NCBI GenBank assembly: GCA_963739305.1
Contig: CAVTZU010000015.1
Span: forward strand, 1 to 64,000
Length of the DNA: 64,000 nucleotides
Source of the DNA: Candidatus Bathyarchaeota archaeon
GTDB lineage: Archaea > Thermoproteota > Bathyarchaeia > Bathyarchaeales > Bathycorpusculaceae
Reading direction: 5' to 3'
Both the position numbers and the translations under genes were made by a program. Of this stretch, positions 52,201-60,124 are shown one piece after another. The notes below the pieces were generated by a model. The model saw nothing but the letters and a program-made list of their open reading frames with translations, was not told where the DNA came from and searched no databases. How positions within the stretch are numbered: position 1 is the stretch's first letter; each line of letters starts with the position of its first letter.

Positions 52201-52232
52201 GCTGTTGTTTTGAGTTTTTGTGGGTTAGAGCG
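52201..52232 (+). repeat. 32-bp direct repeat, copy 1
   Basis: 28/32 identical to 54149-54180. Confidence 0.8.
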
Positions 52233-52282
52233 TCATCTATAGTCTTATTAGATTAAATCCGACACTCCTAAAAGAGGAAGCA

Positions 52283-53292
52283 GTGATGTCAGGTAGAGCT
52301 GTAGAAGTAGATCTGAGAAAGGTTAGACCAAACAGGTTCAATCCAAGGCTAGACTTCAATGAAGAAGACCTCAGGAATCTGGCAGATAGCATTCGAGAGA
52401 AAGGTCTTTTGCAGCCGATTATCGTCAGACCCGTAGACAATGAGTTTGAGGTCGTTGTCGGTGAAAGACGGTATAGGGCTGCCCAGAAAGCAGGGATGGA
52501 ACGGATTCCAGTGGTGATTCGAGAGTACTCAGACGAGGAGGTAATTGAACTAAGTCTGATTGAGAATATTCAGAGAACAGATCTAAGCGCGGTTGAGAAA
52601 GGTAACAGTTGCAAGCAACTTATGGAGAAATATCCTCAGAAGTTTCCGAATAAGGGAGCCATAGCGAAATCATTGAGAGTCTCTGAAACAACTATTTCGG
52701 CTTGGCTAGAGCTTGTTGAGGCGCCTAATGAGCTTCAGAGAATGATTGCTCCTGCAGGCAAAATCGGTGTTCCGAGAGAACAGGGGAAAATCGATTGGGA
52801 CACAGCGGTTACTATTACTAGGCAGATAGAACAACCAGATAGACAAGTATCAATCGCGAGGGAAATCGCTAGAAGACCAATTTACAGAAGACAGGCGAGG
52901 GAAGTAATATCAAAGGCTGCAAAACAGCCTGAGAGACCAATTGAACAGATATTCAAGGAGGTAGTCGAGGCTCCTTATGAGATGCCCTTTCGACTTGTAC
53001 ATATGAAACCGATTCTGGATGGAGAGAAAATTCAGAGTTCTAGAAAAGGCATTTCAGATCCTCGCGTCAAAATCGGATCAATAATACATGGGCAGTTTGG
53101 GAACCGAACTTTGCCACGTTGCGTGTCGTTTCGATGGTAAGAAAGCGTCTTGGAGAATTCACTGAAGAGGATGCAAAAAGGGAAGGTGGCTATACTCTCG
53201 CAGAATTCAAGAAGACTTGGAAGAATCTGCATGGTGATTGGAATGAGAACGAGTTCGTCTACGTCTTTGGCTTCCAACTGGTCAGGCAGTAG
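52283..53292 (+). CDS. ParB-domain / ASCH-domain fusion (frameshift at ~53090)
   Basis: GLLQPIIVR, GERRYRA, ENIQR; then ILDGEKIQSSR and, in shifted frame, FTEEDAKREGG...VYVFGF*. Confidence 0.85.
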
Positions 53293-53300
53293 GCGATAGC

Positions 53301-54029
53301 ATGTCATGGCGGAAAGAGTCTATTTTAGTTTTGGTTAAGGCGGCACCCAATTGGAGCGACAAATATGGATCATACCTCGTTTGCACTGGTGGCATAACTA
53401 AATCAAATCAGTGGAGGCGCCTATATCCAATGCCTCTGGACTTTATCGTCGGAAAGGTACACCGATGGGACATGATAGAGGTCAACACTACAGAACCTGA
53501 ACATGATCCTCGTTCTGAGAGCAGAAAAATAGATCCAAGTTCAATTGTTGTTGGCGGAAGCTTTTCAAAAGACAAAGAGGAGCGTCGAGTGCTCTTGAAC
53601 AAGCTAGCTGAGAAATCTCTGGACGTGGCAATTGGAGAGAGACGGTCTATCATTCTGATCAAACCAGAGATAGTTGACTTCCACATAGTTGAAAGAAAAG
53701 ATAAGCCAGTGCAGCTTACGCTGAACGGTGAAGTGTTCAAGGAACAACCCTACAGAGACGTAAGCCTCTACTATCGGTGGAATTGTCCAGAACGGTGTCA
53801 TGTGTGCAGCAGACATCCTCACCACATGGAATGCTTCGATTGGGGTGCAGGCGTCCTTTGGAGCAGGTATAAGGCAGACAGAAAAGTCGCCGAGGAGAAG
53901 ATCACTGAAATGTGTTACGACAATATGAAAGAGAAATTCGATGCTTGGTTTGCTTTGGGAACACACAGTCGCCGTCCCTTTAGCAAGTGGATGGTAGTGA
54001 GTCTCTTGTGGATGAAGAAAGCGTTCTAG
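53301..54029 (+). CDS. conserved hypothetical protein (OB-fold-like, KxxP..S.KY...VCT.G...W.RLYP family)
   Basis: LVKAAPNWSDKYGSYLVCTGG...WRRLYP; DPRSES; C/H cluster before DW. Confidence 0.75.
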   Translation: MSWRKESILVLVKAAPNWSDKYGSYLVCTGGITKSNQWRRLYPMPLDFIVGKVHRWDMIEVNTTEPEHDPRSESRKIDPSSIVVGGSFSKDKEERRVLLNKLAEKSLDVAIGERRSIILIKPEIVDFHIVERKDKPVQLTLNGEVFKEQPYRDVSLYYRWNCPERCHVCSRHPHHMECFDWGAGVLWSRYKADRKVAEEKITEMCYDNMKEKFDAWFALGTHSRRPFSKWMVVSLLWMKKAF

Positions 54030-54148
54030 TCTCCTTTTGCGTGCGCGCTGTTTGGCGAAAGCCCGCGCAATCAAGTGAATGATGAGTAATCCTTTGGAAG
54101 TTCAGGAGCGCGCGTCTCTTTTTGCCATTCTTTTCGGCGTTTGTCTGA

Positions 54149-54180
54149 GTTGTTGTTTTCAATTTTTGTGGGTTGGAGCG
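54149..54180 (+). repeat. 32-bp direct repeat, copy 2
   Basis: 28/32 identical to 52201-52232. Confidence 0.8.
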
Positions 54181-54244
54181 CGAGCGTGATGCGAGCGCGA
54201 CATAATGAGCGCGCGCTAAGGGGCGGGCTTGACTTGGAAAAGGG

Positions 54245-54445
54245 TGGTGGGGCCGGGCGGATTTGAACCACCGACCTTTACCCAGAGCAGTGCACGAAGC
54301 GCCGCTCCTACGGGTTTCTTCTGACAGCTCCAGAACCTCTTCATCCCTTTTTGAGGTCCGTAAACCCGTCACTACTTTCTGGAGCCCGTCGTCATACTTG
54401 ATCCGATCGATCGATCGATCGATCGTCTGCCTAGACTACGACCCC
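54245..54445 (-). tRNA. tRNA-Trp(CCA) with three introns
   Basis: exons join to GGGGTCGTAGTCTAGGCAG|GTATGACGACGGGCTCCAG|ACCCGT|AGGTCGGTGGTTCAAATCCGCCCGGCCCCACCA; introns 54398-54426 (D loop), 54316-54378 (37/38), 54278-54309 (43/44, clear BHB). Confidence 0.92.
54316..54378 (-). ncRNA. intron-encoded C/D-box-like guide RNA
   Basis: guides ACGGGTTT and TTCTGGAG complementary to the flanking tRNA segments; CGGA (D'-like) and ATGAAGA (C'-like); a known feature of archaeal tRNA-Trp introns. Confidence 0.7.
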
Positions 54446-54586
54446 GCTCCACACGGAGAATCACATCGCACAATTCGAATATATGTATTGTTGCGGCTTC
54501 AGCAAAACCTTCAGCATGGGCATAATGGAGCAAGACGCTCCGCGTTGAAGCGATAAGCTTATGAGGAGAAAGTCAACGTGTACTGT

Positions 54587-54712
54587 GGGGTTCGCCGGCC
54601 ATAGGGCGCGGGTCCCACCTGATCCCATACCGAACTCAGAAGTTAAACCGCGCTCCGTTTCCGGCTGTAGTATGGTCTTCGGCCATGTCAACCCGGGAAA
54701 GCTGGTAACCCC
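54587..54712 (+). rRNA. rrf: 5S rRNA
   Basis: GGCCATAG...CACCTGATCCCATACCGAACTCAGAAGTTAAACC; terminal GGGGTT/AACCCC stem. Confidence 0.95.
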
Positions 54713-54783
54713 ACTTCAAATCAGTCTGGTTAGCCTTCTGATTTGGAGGAAAATTACCCAAAACTTATAACTAACCCTAACAC

Positions 54784-55947
54784 GTGTGTTCCGAAGGTGA
54801 GTTTGTGAGCCAAACAGCGGCACTGTTCAGCATACAAAACAAGGTCACTGCGCAATTCGGCAGCGACAACATATCCTGGGTACTCAACATACTTTTCTAC
54901 GTGATCTTCGTTGTCTTCATCTTTTACGGTCAGAGACTGCAAACGTATGTGATGATCAGAGAAGTTGAGGGCTCACTGTACAAGCTCAAGTACATCAAGG
55001 AAGAAGGCCGCAAAATCGCGATTGAAACGATAAAGGAAATCGGTAAACCACAAGCAGACCCGGCTTCTCGAGTAGACAGGTTCCTGGAGTACTTCACGAT
55101 AGGTCCACAGAGCCTCGACCCAGCCGGCATCGTTTGGAAGCTTGAACACATTCTGGATGTGAGAGACGCACGGTTCAAGGATGAAGTGAAACTCATGGCT
55201 CCAGCAGCCGATGAAACACAGACCAACAATCTTGAGAACACGCTTGAGGCAGCCAGCGCGCTAAACTTTATCTACAAAGTCATAAGGCACTATTATCTCC
55301 TCGGCAAGAAGACCCTTAGCTTGTACGTTATCATGCAGATACAGATGATTCTGCCCATGATAATGAAGGAAGCAGAGGCTTACGCGAGTGCGCTCAAAGC
55401 GTTTGCGTATGGCCAGCCTATAGGCGACGGAGCCGGAGCGCTTGTGGCCGCAAAGCTGATGCACGGTTATGAAACGCGAAAACTGGAGAAAGACTGTGTC
55501 GTCGCAACCGTTCCGTTTGAGGGACGAACGGCCTTCGTGATAAAAGCCGAGGGCCCTGGAGGAAACGTGGGTAAGCCTGGAGACGCGGTGAAACAGGTCG
55601 TTGAAGAGAACGAGGGTAAGATTGCGATGATAGTCATGATTGACGCTGCCCTCAAACTTGAGGGTGAGAGCTTGGGCGAAGTTGCTGAGGGTGTTGGGGC
55701 AGCCATCGGTGGACCGGGAGTCGATCAGTTCAAGATCGAAGAGGAACTCGTCAAGTACCACATTCCGATCAACGCCCTCGTTGTCAAGGAGGATATCGGG
55801 GACGCGGTTTCACCGCTCCGCAAAGAGATTTTCGATTCAATCAGCACGGTGATAGATAGAATCAAGCAAGTGGTCTCCGAGAGGACAAAAGAGGGAGACA
55901 GTATAATAATCGCCGGAATCGGCAACACCATTGGAATTGGACAGTAG
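54784..55947 (+). CDS. DUF1512 family protein
   Basis: PIGDGAG, KAEGPGG, DAALKLEGE, GIGNTIG. Confidence 0.88.
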   Translation: MCSEGEFVSQTAALFSIQNKVTAQFGSDNISWVLNILFYVIFVVFIFYGQRLQTYVMIREVEGSLYKLKYIKEEGRKIAIETIKEIGKPQADPASRVDRFLEYFTIGPQSLDPAGIVWKLEHILDVRDARFKDEVKLMAPAADETQTNNLENTLEAASALNFIYKVIRHYYLLGKKTLSLYVIMQIQMILPMIMKEAEAYASALKAFAYGQPIGDGAGALVAAKLMHGYETRKLEKDCVVATVPFEGRTAFVIKAEGPGGNVGKPGDAVKQVVEENEGKIAMIVMIDAALKLEGESLGEVAEGVGAAIGGPGVDQFKIEEELVKYHIPINALVVKEDIGDAVSPLRKEIFDSISTVIDRIKQVVSERTKEGDSIIIAGIGNTIGIGQ

Positions 55948-55958
55948 GAGATGAGAGA

Positions 55959-56372
55959 ATGAGCCAGACCAAAGCGACAGCCCCAACGACCAGGATTTCA
56001 GCCTTCCTGCTCATGGTAGTGTTCGTGACACTCGCACTTTCGTTTGTGGCACTGGTATTCGCGGTGTACGCTCTTGACCAGAACACTGAAGCCGCGTATG
56101 TTCTAATGCTGCTGGGCTTAATAGGAGTCGCCATATCCACGTACGTGCTGTACCAGACGAGAAGACGACTTTCAAAACTGAAGATCGTTGTTCCCCCAGT
56201 GTTGACCACGCTTGAATGCTCGGCGTGTCATGAAAAGGACACGAGAGAATTTCTGCGCGGCGACTACATATTCAAAGATGGCGAAAAATGCAAGAAGTGC
56301 AACGGAAGAACGTTGATAACAGCGATATACAGGGAAGTCAAAGACAAAGAAAAAGATAAGACGCCTTTCTAG
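55959..56372 (+). CDS. 2-TM protein with C-terminal zinc ribbon
   Basis: CSAC...REFLRGDYI...CKKC...ITAIY. Confidence 0.85.
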   Translation: MSQTKATAPTTRISAFLLMVVFVTLALSFVALVFAVYALDQNTEAAYVLMLLGLIGVAISTYVLYQTRRRLSKLKIVVPPVLTTLECSACHEKDTREFLRGDYIFKDGEKCKKCNGRTLITAIYREVKDKEKDKTPF

Positions 56373-57283
56373 GTCAGAACAACGCATCCGTTTTCAACGA
56401 TCAAAACCGTGTGCTCGGCCTGGGCAACCGTTTTTCCGCTTGCTTCAACGAAAATCGGGTACTGCATCAACGTTTTAGCCTTCAACAATTCACGGAAAGC
56501 CTCATCGTGATGCTCTTGTGGAACCACGTTCTGTAACCAGCGTTCCGCAAACGGTAAGGTTCTGAAGTTGTCCTCGATGTATTTGAGAAGTTTTCTGGCA
56601 TGGGGGTTCTGGATTGACCTTGACTTTAGAAAACGGAAAATCGTGACTTGATCTCCGTTTTCAACTCTTCCGGCGGCGGTTGGAACAGTAACGAAAGGTT
56701 CGATGGCGTAGACTCCTCCGAGCTTGATTTTTGAAGAAAAAAGCTGTGAAACGTTGGGCAACGAGGTGCCCGTGTGAACCACGTAACGGCCGATCTGGTG
56801 ACCAGTGAGATTAGAGATTGGTTTGAAGCCGCGGGATTTGATCGTGGTCTCTATTGTTGAGCCGAGTTTCGAGGTGGATATGCCAGGTCGAATGGTTTCG
56901 ACTGCTGCTTTCAGCGCTCTTTCAGCTGTGCTCACTAGATCCTTGTACTCAGGGCTGAGGCACACTGTGACGGCCGTGTCGGTCAGGTAGCCGTCGACGT
57001 GGGCGCCGATGTCCACCTTCACGACCGAGTTTTCTGGGATGACTGATTTGTCGCCAGGCGGTGAAGTGTAGTGCGCGGCTACTTCGTTGATTGAGACGTT
57101 GCATGGAAACGCGGGTTTTGCGCCTTTTTTCATTATTAGTTGTTCGGCTTTTTCGCAGACGTCGATGATCGGCATTCCTTCGTGTACGAAGGTTTTCATT
57201 TCCTCGCGGGTCTCGCGGAGGATCTTGCCTGACAGTCGGAGTTTTTCAGAAGCTTTTTCGTCAAATTCGGTCATCTGCGTCAC
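56369..57283 (-). CDS. map: type II methionine aminopeptidase
   Basis: AAHY, DIGAHVDG..D, LTGH, AIEPF, QAEHT. Confidence 0.96.
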   Translation of the reverse strand: MTQMTEFDEKASEKLRLSGKILRETREEMKTFVHEGMPIIDVCEKAEQLIMKKGAKPAFPCNVSINEVAAHYTSPPGDKSVIPENSVVKVDIGAHVDGYLTDTAVTVCLSPEYKDLVSTAERALKAAVETIRPGISTSKLGSTIETTIKSRGFKPISNLTGHQIGRYVVHTGTSLPNVSQLFSSKIKLGGVYAIEPFVTVPTAAGRVENGDQVTIFRFLKSRSIQNPHARKLLKYIEDNFRTLPFAERWLQNVVPQEHHDEAFRELLKAKTLMQYPIFVEASGKTVAQAEHTVLIVENGCVVLT

Positions 57284-57326
57284 GCTTCGCTCTTATCGTC
57301 GCTTGCGGTCCAAGTCGTATTAATGC

Positions 57327-58457
57327 TTATCTTTTGATGTGGAACTTGTCGACAACGTTTTTTGCTTTTTCCCGTTTCCTTTGGAAATCGGCGAGGAACT
57401 CGTTGACTCTTGTTGCGAGTTCTTTCTTGCAGTCGCCGCACAGGGTTTCGCCGGACTTGCATTTCCGGTGTCTTTCTGCGAGTTTCTTGTCGTCTGGTTC
57501 GAAGAGGTAGAGGAAGTACTGGAAGACGGTGCAGATGTCAGGTTCGGCCCCGAGCTTTTTCTGTTCGGCGACGGTTCCTCTGCCGCCTGTGAAGGCTCTC
57601 CAGATTTTCTGCGTGACCACTTCGGGTCGGTCCGTGGTGAAAATCGCGGTTTCCGGTTCGGAGGCGTTCATTTTGCCGCCGACGCCCAGGCCTGGAAGGA
57701 AGCGGTTGTGAATCTGGGCGGGCTTGTAGTAGCCGAGTTTTTGGGCGATGTCGCGGGTTATTCGCCAGTACGGATCCTGGTCTATCGCGGCGGGGATGAG
57801 GCACGGAAGGTTTTCGCCCGTGAGTTTCTTGTGGATGAAGCATGGCACGGCCTGTACTGCTGGGTAGAAGATCCAGCCGAGGTTGGTGCTGTCTTGAAAA
57901 CCAAACGTTGCCTTGGCGGTTGAGTAGGTTATGCGTTTGCCCACTTCGAGTGCGATGTCGTAGAGGAGGTCGATGTCTTCCACGTCGTAGATTATGAAGG
58001 TGTCTTCAGGCTTGAACCCGAGGGCGATGACGTCGAGCGCGTTGTCATAAGCCATTTGTGTGGTTTCAGACAGGACGCGTTCATCGTCGATGACGAATTT
58101 CTCGTCGTCGGTCATCTGGAAGTAGAGCCTCGCTTTGAACGCGTCTTGGAGTTGTTTTGTGAATATCCATGGAACAAGATGCCCGATGTGGACTGGTCCC
58201 GATGGGCCTCGTCCGGTGTAGAGTACGAATTTGATGCCCTTGTCATACAGGTCGAGTACGGTGTCTAGGTCTCGGTGGCTGAAGAAGAGTTCTCGGCGCA
58301 GTTGGAGGTGCACGCCGCCCATGTATTTTCCGAGTCTCTGACGTAATTGTTCTGTCAAGGGTTGTGTTCCGAAGTCTTTTATGAGTCGTTCATAGTCGAC
58401 TTTGCCCTTGACTTCCCATGGGGTAACGATCATCTCGTTCTTTTCTTCATCGGTCAA
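57327..58457 (-). CDS. trpS: tryptophanyl-tRNA synthetase
   Basis: YTGRGPS, HIGH, AIDQDPY, KMNAS. Confidence 0.96.
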   Translation of the reverse strand: MTDEEKNEMIVTPWEVKGKVDYERLIKDFGTQPLTEQLRQRLGKYMGGVHLQLRRELFFSHRDLDTVLDLYDKGIKFVLYTGRGPSGPVHIGHLVPWIFTKQLQDAFKARLYFQMTDDEKFVIDDERVLSETTQMAYDNALDVIALGFKPEDTFIIYDVEDIDLLYDIALEVGKRITYSTAKATFGFQDSTNLGWIFYPAVQAVPCFIHKKLTGENLPCLIPAAIDQDPYWRITRDIAQKLGYYKPAQIHNRFLPGLGVGGKMNASEPETAIFTTDRPEVVTQKIWRAFTGGRGTVAEQKKLGAEPDICTVFQYFLYLFEPDDKKLAERHRKCKSGETLCGDCKKELATRVNEFLADFQRKREKAKNVVDKFHIKR

Positions 58458-58577
58458 TTTCCTGAAACCGCCTTAAACCTAGCCGTATACAATTAGTAAA
58501 AAGCGTATTAAACGTTACTTGTAACCATAAGAGGCAGACACAGTGTTTGAGAATCTATTTATAGCGAATGTTCCAGA

Positions 58578-59126
58578 GTGAAAACCGGAGAGCGAATCAT
58601 GGTGAAAATCGAAGAGATACTCACGCCGGGCGAGAGAGTTATCAAAGTGCAAGAGAAAATCACTTTAGGCAACAAGGCAGGAATGCCGATGGGCGACCTT
58701 TACCTGACCGACAGACGCTTGATCTTTCTTCACAGCAAGGCGTGGTCAATGCTGTCACCTGTGGGGCCATACGTGTCACCAGCTGGAGCTCTTCTGGGCA
58801 AGACGGTGGCAATTCAGTTGCAGGACATAAGGTCGGTCAGCAAGAACGTTCTTGGCTACTTGAAGGTTCAAGCTGACACGGAATATCAATTCAACGTGTC
58901 ATTCGTGCGCACCAAGGAGTGGGTCGAAACCATTCAGCAGGCCATTCAGTCAAGCCGTCAGGCGCCGCTGCCTCCGCCGCCCCCTCCTCCGACGCAGAAC
59001 CCCACCTTCCCGCAGCCTCCGAGACCTCCGGTCTCAGCAAACGCGTTCTGCACTCGTTGCGGCAACCTGCTAATGCCTGAAGACAAGTTCTGCCGCAGAT
59101 GCGGTGCACCCGCTAGGCAAGAATAG
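58578..59126 (+). CDS. PH/GRAM-like domain + poly-Pro linker + zinc ribbon
   Basis: GDLYLTDRRLIF, PPPPPPP, FCTRCG..FCRRCG. Confidence 0.8.
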   Translation: MKTGERIMVKIEEILTPGERVIKVQEKITLGNKAGMPMGDLYLTDRRLIFLHSKAWSMLSPVGPYVSPAGALLGKTVAIQLQDIRSVSKNVLGYLKVQADTEYQFNVSFVRTKEWVETIQQAIQSSRQAPLPPPPPPPTQNPTFPQPPRPPVSANAFCTRCGNLLMPEDKFCRRCGAPARQE

Positions 59127-59217
59127 ACATCTCCACTGGACATCGCTCACGTCGCGTAGCGCGTGCTAACAAGGTTGAACTGGATATTAGATAGAAAAAA
59201 GTTGGATGGAAGAGGCG

Positions 59218-59625
59218 CTAGACGTACTTCTGTTCTCGGTCGCAATACCAGCGTTGATACTGCTGAATGTACCTTAGTGGGCTTCCACACGTTGGACATG
59301 TCGGTGTCGCCGGAGCGACTGGCTGTACAGGAGCTGCAGGAGCCGCAGTAGGCATTGGACCTCCGCCCATTCTTCGGTTGAGCATCACGATCTCATCGTA
59401 TATTCTGAATTGTACGACCATGTACTCGCAGAGAATTCGCCAGAAGAGGTTTCCGAAGATTAGCAGTAAGATCCCTGAAACGATAGCTATGGCTGCTCCT
59501 CCTACGCTAAAGGCCCCGAGCATGACGACGATGGACAGTAACGTTACTCCGATGGCGCCCAGTATGTAGATCACCATGATGAATCCGGGGGTGATGAACC
59601 GTTTGAAACTCAAGTATTCGCTCAT
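59218..59625 (-). CDS. DUF4282-like membrane protein with C-terminal Cys motif
   Basis: FKRFITP...RILCE..VVQFRI; CPTCG...QYQRWYC. Confidence 0.8.
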   Translation of the reverse strand: MSEYLSFKRFITPGFIMVIYILGAIGVTLLSIVVMLGAFSVGGAAIAIVSGILLLIFGNLFWRILCEYMVVQFRIYDEIVMLNRRMGGGPMPTAAPAAPVQPVAPATPTCPTCGSPLRYIQQYQRWYCDREQKYV

Positions 59626-59770
59626 TTAGATTCTTCCTTCCTTCTGAATCGGCGCTCTCTTAATATAAGCCTTTAATCGCGAGAAGGCGACGCGTTTGAG
59701 CCTCAGGTCAGGTGAAGCAACCAGAAATCTTAATTCAGAGAAACGGCGAATGAGGTTTGGAAGGAGCTGA

Positions 59771-60079
59771 GTGTCCAACGATGCGTCATTTTTCCTGGTG
59801 TTCGGGATTGTTTTTCTGGCAGCGGGGATATTCTCGGGTTACGCGTTGTACTTTGCCTACCCGAACGTCATTACTGACATGATGAGCGACGCGCAACCGC
59901 CGATAGCTGGCCTTTTTGCGCCGTTGCTGCCCGTGATCTTTTTCGCCGTCGGTCTGATAATGATGTATTACTTTTTCCGTCCTTCCAAACAAAGAGGTTT
60001 TCCGCGCACAGCAAGTGCGCACGCAAGGCGCAACACGAAGTTAATACTCTTAGACATGCTCAGAGGAATAGAAGGCTAG
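59771..60079 (+). CDS. small 2-TM membrane protein
   Basis: two hydrophobic segments; GGAG RBS-like sequence. Confidence 0.6.
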   Translation: MSNDASFFLVFGIVFLAAGIFSGYALYFAYPNVITDMMSDAQPPIAGLFAPLLPVIFFAVGLIMMYYFFRPSKQRGFPRTASAHARRNTKLILLDMLRGIEG

Positions 60080-60124
60080 AACCAAAAAGACGCCTGTACG
60101 TGCCTTCAGTTAGCTGAAGCTGCT

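Larger units (their letters stand above)
48896..54397 (-). mobile_element. ~5.5-kb integrated element remnant at tRNA-Trp
   Basis: 24-bp exact direct repeat 48896-48919 / 54374-54397; leader and int(N) homologous to the 5009-10687 element; no int(C) left. Confidence 0.75.

Noticed and set aside
57625-57700. KMNAS instead of KMSxS in TrpRS, and proximity of trpS to tRNA-Trp
   Set aside because: Within normal variation, with no evidence of altered function
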